DNA of 64,000 nucleotides from an uncultured Actinomycetes bacterium (GTDB lineage Bacteria > Actinomycetota > Thermoleophilia > Gaiellales > Gaiellaceae), in the NCBI GenBank assembly GCA_963736055.1, contig CAVTNM010000008.1, positions 1,012,599 through 1,076,598 on the forward strand, in the 5' to 3' direction. Positions 25,994 to 36,636 of the stretch are shown here, piece after piece. Made by a program: the position numbers and the translations under genes. The stretch's first letter is position 1, and each line of letters starts with the position of its first letter. Under the pieces are notes generated by a model that was not told the DNA's origin, ran no database searches, and saw only the letters and a list, made by a program, of their open reading frames with translations.

Positions 25994-27192
25994 CGCAGCT
26001 CGACTTGGCCGTGCGCCTCCCCGTAGTCGCCGAGGAGGTCGAGGAACGGCACGGCGTCGAACGCCTCCGGGCCGAGCACTCCGGCTCCGGTCCACGTGCC
26101 GTTCGCGAGCAGCTCGAGGGCCACGACGGGGTTCAGCGCCGTCTGCAGCACGACGGCCTGCGAGCCGTACTTCTGCATCGTGTCTTCGTTGTCGGAGACG
26201 TGGTAGAGGTAGGTCGCGCGCTCCTCGCCGTCCTGCCCGCGGCCGGTCACGAGCGTGCCGGCGCAGGTCTTGCCGTGCATCCGGTCGCCCAGCGTCGCCG
26301 GATCGGGCAGCGCGGCCGCGACGACGTCGCGCGGAGAAACCTCTGTGCCACGCACCGAGACCGGCTCCTTGGAGTCGAGCCCCAGCTTGTGCAGGGTCCT
26401 GAGCACGTCGATGAACTCCTCGCCGAGCCCGTACTTGAAGGTGACGCGCTTGCACTCGATCTCGCGTGGCACGAGCACCACCTCCTCGTGCTCGACGTTG
26501 ACGCACTCGATCGGCCCGATCCCCTCCGGGAAGTCGAACACCTCCGGCTCCGAGAACGGCTCGGTAGTGAAGAAGCCCCGCTCGCGCTCCCAGACGAGCG
26601 GCGGGTTCAGGCACTCCTCGATGGTGGTCCAGATCGAGAACGTCGGGGCGAAGTCGTAGCCCTCGACGGCGAGGTCGGCGCCGTCGCGCACCGCGACCTC
26701 GTCGATCTCGGAGAACAGGTGATCGGAGGCGTAGCGGGCGAAGACGTCCGAAAGCCCCGGCTCGACCCCGATCCCGCAGAGCGCCAGCAGGCCTGCCTCC
26801 ACCCAGCGCTCGTGCTCGGCGAACTGCGCGTCGCCCAGCATCACGCCGGTCTTCGAATAGGGCTCCTGCGGGTGCGGCTCGGAGAGCGTCATCGCCATGT
26901 CCAGGTAGGTGCACCCAGCTTCGAAGGCCCCCGCGAAGATGCCGGGGTTGAAGCGGGGATCGGTCGCGTTGAGGACGGCGTCGGCGCCGCGGGCCAGGGC
27001 AGCCACCCCGGCCGAGTCGGAGGCGTCCACCTCGGCCGCGGAGAAGCGGGGGTCGTCGAGCCGCGCGACGAGGCTCTCGGGACGGGCGGGATCGAGGTCG
27101 GCGAACGTCATCCGCTCGAAGAAGTCGCGCTGCCTGGCCACCGCCCCGACGGCCGCGCCGACCCCACCCGTGCCGACGACGAGGATCTTCAT
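25990..27192 (-). CDS. Saccharopine dehydrogenase family NAD(P)-binding protein
   Basis: MKILVVGTGGVGAAVG Rossmann motif. CGIGVEPGLSDVFARYA and a C-terminal Sacchrp_dh-like domain. Confidence 0.8.
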   Translation of the reverse strand: MKILVVGTGGVGAAVGAVARQRDFFERMTFADLDPARPESLVARLDDPRFSAAEVDASDSAGVAALARGADAVLNATDPRFNPGIFAGAFEAGCTYLDMAMTLSEPHPQEPYSKTGVMLGDAQFAEHERWVEAGLLALCGIGVEPGLSDVFARYASDHLFSEIDEVAVRDGADLAVEGYDFAPTFSIWTTIEECLNPPLVWERERGFFTTEPFSEPEVFDFPEGIGPIECVNVEHEEVVLVPREIECKRVTFKYGLGEEFIDVLRTLHKLGLDSKEPVSVRGTEVSPRDVVAAALPDPATLGDRMHGKTCAGTLVTGRGQDGEERATYLYHVSDNEDTMQKYGSQAVVLQTALNPVVALELLANGTWTGAGVLGPEAFDAVPFLDLLGDYGEAHGQVELR

Positions 27193-28142
27193 CGGCGTGT
27201 TCTTATCACGCGCCGCTCGCGGAGGAGCTCGAGCACCTGGTCGTGCGGCAGGCCGCGCACGAGCCGCCCCTCCCGCCCCTTCACGTCCGGCGCCGCCCAG
27301 AGGGCGTTCAGCACGGCTTCCTCGGTCGCCTCGACGGCGGCGGCGAAGAGCTCGTCGAGCACGTCGGATTCGACGTTTGCCCCGGCGCGGGACGTCGAGA
27401 ACGCCATGAAGATCTCACCGCTGCCGTGGTGGGCGACCGACCCCATCCGCCCGAGGCCGAGGCCTGCACGGCGCGCCACCCGCTCGAGCCCGGCGGGCGC
27501 AAGCGGGGCGTCGGTGGCGATCACCACGATGCAGCTGCCCGCGGGCGTCACGGGCCCGGCTCCTTCGGCCAGCAGGCGGCCCACCGGCACGCCGGCGACC
27601 TGCAGCTCGTGGGACGAGCCGAAGTTGGCGAGGACGAGCGCGCCGAGCGCGTGACCTGCGGCCGTCCGGCTCGCCGTCCCGATACCGCCCTTCCAGCCGA
27701 GGCAGCTCATGCCCGTGCCCGCGCCGACGGCGCCCTCGGCGATGGGCCATCCCGAGGCCGCCTCGACCGCGAGCGCCGCGTCCCCGGCCTCGACCTGCAC
27801 CGTGCGGGCATCGCTGAGATGGCTGTCGTCGCACTCGCCGACGACCGGGATCACGACGTCGTCCACGCCGACACGGGGGTCGGCGGCCAGCGCCACCGAG
27901 ACGGCCCCGTCGTAGATCCGGCCGACGGCCATCGTCGCGGTCAGGTAGACGGGCGTGTGGATCTCGCCCCACTCTCGGATCTCGTGCGAGGCGGTCAGCT
28001 CGCCCGCCCCGTTCAGCACCGCCACCCCCGCGGGCAGCGGCAGCCCCTCCGGGACGACCGCGGTCACGCCTGTACGGGCCACCCCTCGACCGGCTGGAGG
28101 GTCGGGCTCGTCCCGCCATACGGTCACGTGCCCGACCGTCAC
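27189..28142 (-). CDS. P1/DmpA (S58) family aminopeptidase; true N-terminus probably at GTG 28248, displaced by a 1-nt indel
   Basis: GAGTGMSCLGWKGGIGTAS and IVVIATDAPL motifs. The conserved LRLGGLEPGQTNSIADVPGV continues upstream of GTG 28142 with no start codon. VSEPPEPRGPRPRELG from GTG 28248 is in the +1 frame. 28248-27189 spans 1060 nt, which is 3n+1. Junction at about 28199-28203. Confidence 0.8.
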   Translation of the reverse strand: MTVGHVTVWRDEPDPPAGRGVARTGVTAVVPEGLPLPAGVAVLNGAGELTASHEIREWGEIHTPVYLTATMAVGRIYDGAVSVALAADPRVGVDDVVIPVVGECDDSHLSDARTVQVEAGDAALAVEAASGWPIAEGAVGAGTGMSCLGWKGGIGTASRTAAGHALGALVLANFGSSHELQVAGVPVGRLLAEGAGPVTPAGSCIVVIATDAPLAPAGLERVARRAGLGLGRMGSVAHHGSGEIFMAFSTSRAGANVESDVLDELFAAAVEATEEAVLNALWAAPDVKGREGRLVRGLPHDQVLELLRERRVIRTRR

Positions 28143-28270
28143 GCCGGGGACGTCTGCGATCGAGTTCGTCTGCCCCGGCTCCAGGCCGCCGAGGCGAAGG
28201 CCCGAGCTCTCTCGGTCGTGGCCCGCGCGGCTCGGGAGGCTCGCTCACGGGAGGAGTGTAGAGTCGGCCG

Positions 28271-29309
28271 GTGGAGCTCTCGATGCCGGTCGTCTGGAGC
28301 GATCGCTGCCTTCTCCACGAGCCGGATGCGGAGATCTGGGTGGGCGTTCGCACCGACGCCACCGAGGTTCCGGCCCGGATCACGGCGATCCGTGAGGCTC
28401 TGGGAGCGCGCGTCGTCGAGGCGGAGCCGCATCCCGACGAGGCGCTCCACGAGGTGCACGACCCGGAGCTGCTCGCCTACCTCGCCTCGGCCTGGGCGGA
28501 CTGGGAGGCCGCGGGCCTGCCGGCCGATCCGGGCCAGGATCGCGTCGTCCCGTACGTGTTCGCCCACTCGTCGCTCGGCGTTCGCCGCGTTCCGGCCGCG
28601 GCCTGGGCGAGGCCCGGCTACTACGCCTACGACACGATGACCCTGGTCGGCCCCGGAACCTGGGAGGCGGCGCGGGCGGCCGTCGACTGCGCCCTGACCG
28701 CGGTCGACCTCGTGCTCGGTGGGGAGCCGGTCGCCTACGCCTGCACGAGGCCACCGGGCCACCACGCCGGCCGCGCCTGCTACGGCGGCTCCTGCTACCT
28801 GAACAACGCGGCGGTCGCCGCGGGAGCGCTCCTCGCCGGGCTTGAGGGCCCCGTGGGGGTGCTGGACGTCGACGCCCACCACGGCAACGGCACGCAGGAG
28901 ATCTTCTACGAGCGGCCCGACGTGCTCGTGGGCTCGGTCCACGTCGATCCCGGGCGCGGGCTGGTTCCCGCACTTCCTCGGCTTCGCGGACGAGACGGGC
29001 GACGGCACGAACCGCAACCTGCCGCTGCCGCCGGGGGCCGGAGACGAGGCCTGGCTGGAGGCCGTGGCCGAGCTTGCCGAGTGGGCGCGCGGCCTCGCCG
29101 GGATCGTCGTCGCGCTCGGGGTGGACGCGGCGGCCGGTGATCCCGAGAGCCCGCTCCAGGTGACCGAGCCCGCCTTCCGCGCCGCGGGCGCGCTGCTCGG
29201 CGGCCTCGGCCTGCCGACGGTCGTCGTCCAGGAGGGCGGCTACGACCTGGAGCGGATCGGGCCGCTGGTGCGCGAGGCGCTGCTCGGGCTCGAGGAGGGG
29301 CGCGCGTGA
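28271..29309 (+). pseudogene. Histone-deacetylase-family amidohydrolase (acetylpolyamine/AcuC-like), 1-nt frameshift
   Basis: RPPGHHA and LDVDAHHGNGTQEIFY in ORF 28271..29140. Continuation ...HVDPGAGWFPHFLGFADETG...VVQEGGYDL in ORF 28842..29309. The span is 1039 nt, which is 3n+1. Junction in the cccggg run at 28949-28954. Confidence 0.8.
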
Positions 29310-31135
29310 TCGCGATCTCGCCCGAGTACCTGCGGCACGTCGTCGAGCGGCTGGCGTCGCTCGGCTCGCACCCGCTCGGCTTCCGCGTCGCCGGCACGCC
29401 CGAGGAACGCGAGGCGACTGCCTTCGTGGCCGCGGAGATGCGCGATCTCGGCCTGCAGAACGTGACCGAGGAGCCGGTGCCGGTCGACGGGTGGCGGCTG
29501 CAGGAGGCGTTCGTGGAGCTCCCCGACGGAGCCCGGTTCGAATGCGCATCGTTCGGCGGCGTTCCCGAGACCGGGCGCGAGGGGGTGAGAGGCGAGCTCG
29601 TCGCGGTCGGACGCGGCGGACGGAGGCAGCTCGACCGCCTCGACGTCCGCGGCAAGGTCGCGCTCGTCGAGTGGCAGGTGGCGCGGCTCTGGCCCTACCA
29701 CGTCGGGCTCGAGCTCGGCCTGCGCGGAGCGGCGGCGATGATCGTCTACTCGCCGCCCGGCGGGCCCTTCTACCAGGCGCCGGGAGCGCTCGGCACCTTC
29801 GACGGCATCTGGCACGCCGAGGGGCCGCCCTGCGTGACGGCGACCAAGGAGGACGGCGCGAGGCTGGCCGCGCGGGCCGGCGAGGAGGCTCGCGTCGTCC
29901 TGTCGGCGCCGCTGGCCCGGGGAGCCGAGGCCGCGAACGTGGTCGGCGAGCTGCCGGGCCGCCGCGCCGGCGCACCCACGGTCGTCGCCGGCCATCACGA
30001 CGGCTGGTTCCGGGCGGCCTTCGACGACGCCACCGGCGTCGCGGTCACCCTCGAGCTCGCCCGCGCCTTCGTCGAGGCCGGGATCCGGCCGCGGCGCACG
30101 ATCGCCTTCGTCTCGCACACCGCGGAGGAGTACGGCATCGCCGAGTCGGCCTACGACTGGTGCTACGGCGCCTGGTACCAGGTCGTCGCGCAGCACCGGG
30201 AGTGGTCGACCGGCTCGCCGTTCTACCTCAACGTCGAGGGCTCCGGCCGCCCCGAGCTCTTCACCCTCGACGTGCCGCCCGAGCTGACCGGCTGGGTGAG
30301 GCGGGCCTGCAGGCAGGCGAGCCGCGACGGCCTGCTGCCGCACGGCTACCGCCTCGCGCCGCCGACCACCTGGACCGAGGTGTGGCCGTTCCTCGCCGCC
30401 GGGATCCCGGCGATCAACGTCTCCACGTTCACCACCGAGTTCGAGCGCACCGAGTACCACACCCAGTACGACACCACCGACGGCGTCGACTTCGACTACC
30501 TCGCACGCCTGACGGAGGTGTGCGCCCGGCTCGTGCTCGAGTCGCCGGAGCTCGACTTCGCCGCGAGGGCGAGCGACGTCCGCCGCTCGCTGCACGGCAA
30601 GGCTCCGAGGAAGCTCGAGCGCGCTCTCGACGGGCTCGCCCGGGCCGAAGGGCGGAAGCGCTTCACGGCAGTCGGCCGAGGGCTGCACGGGATCGACGCA
30701 GTCGACGCTCCGCGCTACCCGCACGAGCAGACTGCAGGCGACATCGAGCGGCTCGAGGAGGCGTTGGCTGATCTGGAGAAGGGGGCCACGCCGCTGGCCC
30801 GCGTCGGGCTCAACTGGCTCTGCTCGGATCTCTCGCACGAGGCATTCAGGCTGGAGCGGGCGCGCCGCAGCCGCAACGCGCCGCGTGCCTGCTGGGGCGG
30901 TCAGGGCGACGCCGACCCGGGCCCCGACCTCTGGCGCGAGCTCGCGTCGCTTCGGGGCGAGTCGGGTGCGCGGCCTCCGGGGCCCTGGCTCGAGCGGAGC
31001 CTGCGGCGCCACCTCGAGCGCTCTCGCCGCGAGCTCGCCCGGCGGCTCGATCGAATGGCGGAGGCCGCCGCCGGCCGCGTCTACCCGCTTCGCCGTCCGC
31101 GCCCCGTCGATCTTCCTGTACAAACGCGCGGATGA
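29306..31135 (+). CDS. M28-family metallopeptidase with PA domain and C-terminal helical extension
   Basis: GTG 29306 overlaps the stop (GTGA). VVAGHHDGWF..AFDDATGVAVTLELAR...SHTAEEYG...YHTQYDT. Confidence 0.8.
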   Translation: MIAISPEYLRHVVERLASLGSHPLGFRVAGTPEEREATAFVAAEMRDLGLQNVTEEPVPVDGWRLQEAFVELPDGARFECASFGGVPETGREGVRGELVAVGRGGRRQLDRLDVRGKVALVEWQVARLWPYHVGLELGLRGAAAMIVYSPPGGPFYQAPGALGTFDGIWHAEGPPCVTATKEDGARLAARAGEEARVVLSAPLARGAEAANVVGELPGRRAGAPTVVAGHHDGWFRAAFDDATGVAVTLELARAFVEAGIRPRRTIAFVSHTAEEYGIAESAYDWCYGAWYQVVAQHREWSTGSPFYLNVEGSGRPELFTLDVPPELTGWVRRACRQASRDGLLPHGYRLAPPTTWTEVWPFLAAGIPAINVSTFTTEFERTEYHTQYDTTDGVDFDYLARLTEVCARLVLESPELDFAARASDVRRSLHGKAPRKLERALDGLARAEGRKRFTAVGRGLHGIDAVDAPRYPHEQTAGDIERLEEALADLEKGATPLARVGLNWLCSDLSHEAFRLERARRSRNAPRACWGGQGDADPGPDLWRELASLRGESGARPPGPWLERSLRRHLERSRRELARRLDRMAEAAAGRVYPLRRPRPVDLPVQTRG

Positions 31136-32100
31136 GGCCCCTCCCCAAAGGCGGGACGATCGGCGTCGCCGCTCCCGCCAGTCCCTACGATGCGCGCTCC
31201 GAGGTGCTGCGCGGCGTCGAGTGGTGGGAGGCACGTGGGTACCGGGTCAAGCTCGCCGATGGCACGTACGCGCGCGACGACTACGTCGCAGGCGGCGCGG
31301 AGCAGCGGGCGGCCGACCTGAACGCGCTCTTCGCCGACCCCGAGGTCGACGTCGTGCAGGCATTGCAGGGCGGCTACGGCTCGGCGCAGACGATTCCGTA
31401 CCTGGACTTCGACGCGATCGGCGCGAACCCGAAGCCGCTCGTCGGCTTCTCCGACATCACGGCGCTCCACGTCGCGATCGGCCGGCGCACCGGGATGCCG
31501 ACGTTCTACGGCAACGGCCTCGTCGGCGTGGGCGATCCCGAGACGACGGAGTTCACTCGGAAGCGGCTGCTCCAGGTGCTGGACGGCGACGCGACTGGTG
31601 AGGTCCCGCGCAATCCCGACGACCCGTACGTGCGAGCCCTTCACGGCGGCAAGGTGACGGCACCGCTCGTCGGGGGATGCCTCTGGCTGCTTCAGCACAC
31701 GATGGGCACGCCCTGGGAGCTCGAGCTCGACGGCGCGATCCTCTTCTTCGAGGACTACAAGGCCCCGCCCTACTACGTCGACGGGATGCTCACGCAGCTC
31801 GGCCACGCGGGGAAGCTGGAAGGCGTTGTCGGCGTGGTCGTCGGCGAGATGGAGGGCTGCGACTGGGGCGACCAGCGCCAGGCCTCGGACTGGGCCCGCT
31901 CGCGCTCGATCGAGGACGTCCTGGAGGAGCATCTCGAGCCGCTCGGCGTGCCCGTGCTCTACCGCCTGCCGCTCGGGCACGGCAAGCACCTCGCTGCCCT
32001 CCCGCTCGGCGTTCGGTATACGCTCGACGCCGACTCTGCGCTCGCTGGCGGTCGACGAGTCGCCGTTCGACGAATGAGCTCGACGAGGAGGCGTAGATGA
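31132..32100 (+). CDS. LD-carboxypeptidase (S66, LdcA/MccF-like)
   Basis: ATGA overlap at both ends. GTIGVAAPASP...GFSDITALH...GGCL...EDY...LPLGHG. The Arg-rich last 20 aa look odd. An alternative frame ends at 32077 (..SLAVDESPFDE), so the 3' end is uncertain. Confidence 0.8.
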   Translation: MRPLPKGGTIGVAAPASPYDARSEVLRGVEWWEARGYRVKLADGTYARDDYVAGGAEQRAADLNALFADPEVDVVQALQGGYGSAQTIPYLDFDAIGANPKPLVGFSDITALHVAIGRRTGMPTFYGNGLVGVGDPETTEFTRKRLLQVLDGDATGEVPRNPDDPYVRALHGGKVTAPLVGGCLWLLQHTMGTPWELELDGAILFFEDYKAPPYYVDGMLTQLGHAGKLEGVVGVVVGEMEGCDWGDQRQASDWARSRSIEDVLEEHLEPLGVPVLYRLPLGHGKHLAALPLGVRYTLDADSALAGGRRVAVRRMSSTRRRR

Positions 32101-32134
32101 GCAAGGGTGGCAGGCAGCAGCGCTTCTCGGCATC

Positions 32135-33724
32135 GTGGCCGTGCTGGCCGGGTGCGGCAGCAGCAGCTCGGGCGGCAGCGGGGGAACGTTCCGAATGGGG
32201 ACGAGCTCCCGGATCGACTCCACCAACCCCTACGTCGCCTTCAACCAGGACGCCTACTCGGCGTTCGAGTACATCTACCCGACGCTGGTCCAGTACGACC
32301 GGAAGAACGCGAAGTTCGTGCCGGATTTCGCCACCTCGTGGAAGGCGTCCGACGGCGGCAAGACCTGGACGTTCAAGACCCAGGCGAACGCGAAGTGGTC
32401 GGACGGCAAGCCGATGACGGCCGAGGACGCGGCCTGGGCGATCAACACCGACGTCAAGTACAAGGACGGCGGCGCCGCGAACGTGGCCGGGCTGATCGCA
32501 CACATCAAGGACGCCCAGGCGCCGAACCCGACCACCCTGGTGATCCACTACGAAGCGGCTGCGGGGAACGTGCTCGGGCAGTTCCAGCAGTACCCCATCC
32601 TGCCGAAGCACATCTGGAGCCAGCACACAGGCAACAAGGGCAACGACCTGAAGACGTTCGCGAACCCGGCGCCGATCGTCAGCGGCGGGCCCTTCAAGCT
32701 GACGAAGTTCAAGAAGGACGAGATCGCGCTGTTCGAGCGCAACCCGACCTTCTACGGGCCGAAGCCGAAGGTCGACGCGTTCGGGCTGCGCATGTTCTCG
32801 AACGTGGACGCGCTCATCGCGGCGCTCAAGGCGAACGAGATCGACGCGATCGAGGATGTGCCGGCGACGGGGATCGAGACCCTGCGCAAAGCGGGCTTCG
32901 ACGTCTCCGACGTGCCCGGTGTCGACCAGACCGACTTCATCATCAACTCGACCCCGAACAAGACGAATCACCGCGAGCTCCTCAACCCGCAGGTGAAGGA
33001 CGCGTTCATGCACGCGGTCGACCGGAAGCACATCATCCAGGTCGTCTTCCTCGGCCACGCCAAGCCGGCTGACTCGATCATCCCTGCGGCCACGGGGGCC
33101 TGGTACAACCCGAACCTCGAGCCGGAGACGTTCGACATCGCCGCGGCCAACAAGATCCTCGACAAGCTCGGGTACAAGCGCGGCAGCGACGGGATCCGCG
33201 TCGCGGACGGGCACAAGATGGCCTATTCGGTGATCACGCCGACCGACGTCCCGAGCACCTTCCGGACGTTCCAGATCCTCCAGCCCGACTTTCGCAAGAT
33301 CGGCGTGCAGCTGAGCCAGCGCTCGCTCGATTCGAGTGCCGCGTTCGACACGATCACCGCGCCTGACAACAAGTACCTCAACTTCGACCTAGCGCTGTGG
33401 GACTGGGTGGGACTGATCGACCCCGACTTCATGCTCTCGGTCGTGACGTGCGCCCAGTACGGCGGCTGGAGCGACAGCGGCTACTGCAGCAAGAGCTACG
33501 ACGCGATGTACTCGAAGCAGCAGCTGACCCCGAACCAGTCGCAGCGGAAAGAGGTCGTGTGGCAGATGCAGGACTTCCTCCAGAAGCAGCACCCGTACAT
33601 CTGGCTGGCCGCGCTGAACCACGTCGACGCCGTCAGCCCCAAGTGGACGGGGCTCGTCTACTCGCCGCAGGGGCCGTTCAACTCCCTCTCGAAGATCAGC
33701 CTGACCGAGGTCCACAAGAGCTGA
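32135..33724 (+). CDS. ABC transporter substrate-binding lipoprotein, family 5 (Dpp/Opp-type); signal-peptide start displaced by an indel
   Basis: VAVLAGCGSSSSGG lipobox, then FRMGTSSRIDSTNPY...KWSDGKPMTAEDA. The ATG at 32097 (MSKGGRQQR) is in another frame. 32097-33724 spans 1628 nt, which is 3n+2, consistent with a 1-nt deletion near 32117-32125. Confidence 0.85.
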   Translation: MAVLAGCGSSSSGGSGGTFRMGTSSRIDSTNPYVAFNQDAYSAFEYIYPTLVQYDRKNAKFVPDFATSWKASDGGKTWTFKTQANAKWSDGKPMTAEDAAWAINTDVKYKDGGAANVAGLIAHIKDAQAPNPTTLVIHYEAAAGNVLGQFQQYPILPKHIWSQHTGNKGNDLKTFANPAPIVSGGPFKLTKFKKDEIALFERNPTFYGPKPKVDAFGLRMFSNVDALIAALKANEIDAIEDVPATGIETLRKAGFDVSDVPGVDQTDFIINSTPNKTNHRELLNPQVKDAFMHAVDRKHIIQVVFLGHAKPADSIIPAATGAWYNPNLEPETFDIAAANKILDKLGYKRGSDGIRVADGHKMAYSVITPTDVPSTFRTFQILQPDFRKIGVQLSQRSLDSSAAFDTITAPDNKYLNFDLALWDWVGLIDPDFMLSVVTCAQYGGWSDSGYCSKSYDAMYSKQQLTPNQSQRKEVVWQMQDFLQKQHPYIWLAALNHVDAVSPKWTGLVYSPQGPFNSLSKISLTEVHKS

Positions 33725-33752
33725 GTCGGGCTCGCGCGTCAGAGGCGGCGGG

Positions 33753-34715
33753 GTGAGAGGCACCGATTACGTCGTCAAGCGGATCCTCTTCGCGCTGGTC
33801 ACGATCTTCATCGCGATCACGCTCAACTTCGTCCTCTTCAGGCTTGCGCCCGGGGACGCGATCTCGAATCTCTCGCGCGTCCCGCACGCGACTCCGCAGA
33901 CTCGCCAGGCCTTGAGGCGCGAGTTCGGCCTCGACAAGTCGAGGTTCCAGCAGTACGTCATCTACCTCAAGCAGCTCGCGCACGGGAACATGGGGATCTC
34001 GTTCGCGAACCAGCAGCCCGTCGCGCACAACCTGCGTTCGGCGCTCGTGAACACGATCCCGATGGTGCTGCTCGGGACGCTGTTCGCGATCATCCTCGGC
34101 ACGCTGACGGGGGTGATCTCCGCCTGGCGGCGCGGGACAGGAGTGGAGGGGGCGACCGTGACGACGGCGCTCGGCTTCTACTCGATGCCCACGCACTGGC
34201 TCGGGCTGATGCTCGTCATCCTGTTCGCCGGGACCCTGCCCACCGGAGGGATGACGAACGACTTCCTGATCAACCCCTCCTTCTTCACACACGTGAAGGA
34301 CATCGGCGAGCACATGATCCTGCCCTCGCTGACGCTGGGACTTGTCCTCTTCGGCGAGTACACGCTGATCGCGCGCTCGGCGATGCTGGAGACCCTGGGC
34401 GAGGACTACATCCTCACCGCCCGGGCCAAAGGGCTCAAACCCTGGGCGATCGTGCGGCGGCATGCCCTGCCGAACGCGATGCTCCCGATCGTGACCCTGA
34501 TCGCGCTCTCCCTGGGGTACATCGTCGCCGGCGCGATCCTGATCGAGACGGTCTTCTCGTGGCCGGGCATCGGGCGCGCGGTCTACGAAGCGGTCCTCCA
34601 GCGCGACTATCCGATGCTGCAGGGCGCGTTCCTCGTGTTGACGTTCTCGGTCGTCTTCTTCAACCTCGTCGCCGACCTCCTCTACTTCAAGCTCGACCCG
34701 AGGATCACCGAGTGA
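33753..34715 (+). CDS. ABC peptide transporter permease (DppB-like)
   Basis: YVVKRILFALVTIFIAITLNFVLFRL...EDYILTARAKGL (EAA loop). Confidence 0.9.
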   Translation: MRGTDYVVKRILFALVTIFIAITLNFVLFRLAPGDAISNLSRVPHATPQTRQALRREFGLDKSRFQQYVIYLKQLAHGNMGISFANQQPVAHNLRSALVNTIPMVLLGTLFAIILGTLTGVISAWRRGTGVEGATVTTALGFYSMPTHWLGLMLVILFAGTLPTGGMTNDFLINPSFFTHVKDIGEHMILPSLTLGLVLFGEYTLIARSAMLETLGEDYILTARAKGLKPWAIVRRHALPNAMLPIVTLIALSLGYIVAGAILIETVFSWPGIGRAVYEAVLQRDYPMLQGAFLVLTFSVVFFNLVADLLYFKLDPRITE

Positions 34716-35668
34716 GCGTCGTCCTGCACGAGCCGGGCGCGGTCGCCGAGCCGGATTCGGTCCAGACGCGCCGCGGGTTCGTCTGGCAGACGATCAGGAG
34801 CCGGCCGTCGGCCGCCGTGGGCGCGGTCATCCTCACCGTGATCGTCCTGGCGGCGGTGCTGGCGCCGTGGATCGCCCCGTACGACCAGCACGAGCAGGTC
34901 GGCCCGGTGTTCGGCCATCCGTCCTGGTCGCACCCGCTCGGGCTCGACGACGGCGGCATCGACATGGTCACGCTGCTCATGTGGGGCGCGCGGATCTCGC
35001 TCGTCGTGGGTCTCGCGGCGACCTTCGTCTCGATGCTGATCGGCGGGACGATCGGCGTGCTGTCGGGCTACTTCGGCGGCAAGACCGACACGGCGCTGAT
35101 GCGCTTCACCGACTACTTCCTGGTCATCCCGGACGTGCCGCTGATGATCGTGATCGCGGCGATCTGGGGACCGAGCTTGTTCCACATCGTGATCGTGGTC
35201 GGGATCCTGCTCTGGGCGAGCACGGCCCGGGTGATCCGCGCCCAGGTGAAGAGCGTCCGCGAGCGGGTCTACGTCAAGCGGTCGCGGGCGCTCGGCGCTG
35301 GACACACGCGCCTGGTGCTCAAGCACGTGCTCCCCCAGGTGGCGCCGCTCCTGATCGCGAACACGGTGCTGACGATCGCCGTCGCCGTGTTCGACGAGAC
35401 GGCGCTCGCCTTCCTCGGGCTCGGCGACCCGGCCCGCGTGTCGCTGGGGAAGATGATCGAGAACGCCTTCGAGCGGGCGGCCATCTCGACGGGCGCCTGG
35501 TGGGCGATCGTGCCTCCCGGGATCGTGGTCGCGCTCCTGATCCTCTCCTGCAGCCTGCTCGGGCAGGCGCTCGAGGACTCGCTCAACCCGCGGCTGAAGG
35601 TCGCGCACCTCTCGGCTCGCACCTTCCGGCTGCGCCCGCTCGTCGGCCGCGGCCCCGAGGCGCTGTGA
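34712..35668 (+). CDS. ABC peptide transporter permease (DppC-like)
   Basis: GTG 34712 overlaps the stop (GTGA). The upstream part of ORF 34559..35668 overlaps the previous gene. ...LGLDDGGIDMVTLLMWGARISL...YVKRSRALGAG. Confidence 0.88.
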   Translation: MSVVLHEPGAVAEPDSVQTRRGFVWQTIRSRPSAAVGAVILTVIVLAAVLAPWIAPYDQHEQVGPVFGHPSWSHPLGLDDGGIDMVTLLMWGARISLVVGLAATFVSMLIGGTIGVLSGYFGGKTDTALMRFTDYFLVIPDVPLMIVIAAIWGPSLFHIVIVVGILLWASTARVIRAQVKSVRERVYVKRSRALGAGHTRLVLKHVLPQVAPLLIANTVLTIAVAVFDETALAFLGLGDPARVSLGKMIENAFERAAISTGAWWAIVPPGIVVALLILSCSLLGQALEDSLNPRLKVAHLSARTFRLRPLVGRGPEAL

Positions 35669-36636
35669 GCTCGCTCCTCGAGATCGAGGATCTTCACGTC
35701 TGGTTCGACCTCCCGAGCGGCCGCGAGCTGCACGCGGTCCAGGGCGTCAACCTCGCGCTCGACGCGGGCGGGCGGCTCGGGCTCGTGGGCGAGTCGGGCT
35801 GTGGCAAGACGACCACCGCCCTGGCCCTGATGGGCCTCCTGCCCTCGAACGCGAGCGCTGCGGGGCGCGTGCTGCTGGACGGGGAAGACCTTCTCGCCGG
35901 CGGCGAGGACACGATGCTCCCGCACCGCTGGGTGGACGTCGCGATCGTCTTCCAGGGAGCGATGAACGCGCTCAATCCGGTGCAGACCGTCGGCAGGCAG
36001 ATCGTCGAGGCGCTCGAGCTCCACGGGAAGGGGCGCAGCTCGTCGGCCAGAGCGCAGACAGGCGAGCTGCTCGAGGCCGTCGGGATCCCGGCCTCGAGAG
36101 CCGAGCGTTACCCGCACGAGCTCTCCGGCGGGATGCGCCAGCGTGCCGCGATCGCGATGGCTCTCTCGTGCCAGCCCCGCGTCCTGATCGCCGACGAGCC
36201 GACGACGGCGCTCGATGTGATGGTGCAGGCGCAGATCCTGGAGCTCCTCGACTCGCTGTGCCGCGACTTCGGGCTCGCGCTCCTGCTCGTCACTCACGAT
36301 CTGCCCGTGGTCGCCCAGCTCTGCGACCGCGCGGCGGTCATGTACGCGGGCGAGATCGTCGAGAGCGGCTCGGTCGACGCCCTCTACCACGACCCGCGCC
36401 ACCCCTACACCCGGCTGCTCTTCGCGGCAACGCCTGATCTGCAGGGCAACGGCGTGCCCATCTCGATCCCAGGCTCGCCGCCGCGGCTCGACCGGCCGCT
36501 GACCGGATGCCCGTTCCGAGACCGCTGCGACAGCGCCTTCTCCCGCTGCGCCGACGAGCGCCCCCTGCTGCGCAGGCTCGACGGCGGCCGCGCGGCCGCC
36601 TGTCATCTGAACGACGTCCCGGCGGAGGTCGGGTGA
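35665..36636 (+). CDS. ABC peptide transporter ATP-binding protein (DppD-like)
   Basis: GTG 35665 (GTGA overlap). GESGCGKTT, LSGGMRQRAAIAMAL, LIADEPTTALD, and the oligopeptide C-terminal domain HPYTRLL..CPFRDRC. Confidence 0.9.
   Translation: MSSLLEIEDLHVWFDLPSGRELHAVQGVNLALDAGGRLGLVGESGCGKTTTALALMGLLPSNASAAGRVLLDGEDLLAGGEDTMLPHRWVDVAIVFQGAMNALNPVQTVGRQIVEALELHGKGRSSSARAQTGELLEAVGIPASRAERYPHELSGGMRQRAAIAMALSCQPRVLIADEPTTALDVMVQAQILELLDSLCRDFGLALLLVTHDLPVVAQLCDRAAVMYAGEIVESGSVDALYHDPRHPYTRLLFAATPDLQGNGVPISIPGSPPRLDRPLTGCPFRDRCDSAFSRCADERPLLRRLDGGRAAACHLNDVPAEVG

Noticed and set aside
32030-32100. Another frameshift at the LD-carboxypeptidase C-terminus (alternative ending ..SLAVDESPFDE with stop at 32077 and a GAGGAGG RBS before ATG 32097)
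   Set aside because: The as-given frame ends in an ATGA overlap with the next gene, a pattern used throughout this window. Both readings are plausible and I cannot discriminate without homologues. It is left as an uncertainty on the 3' end.
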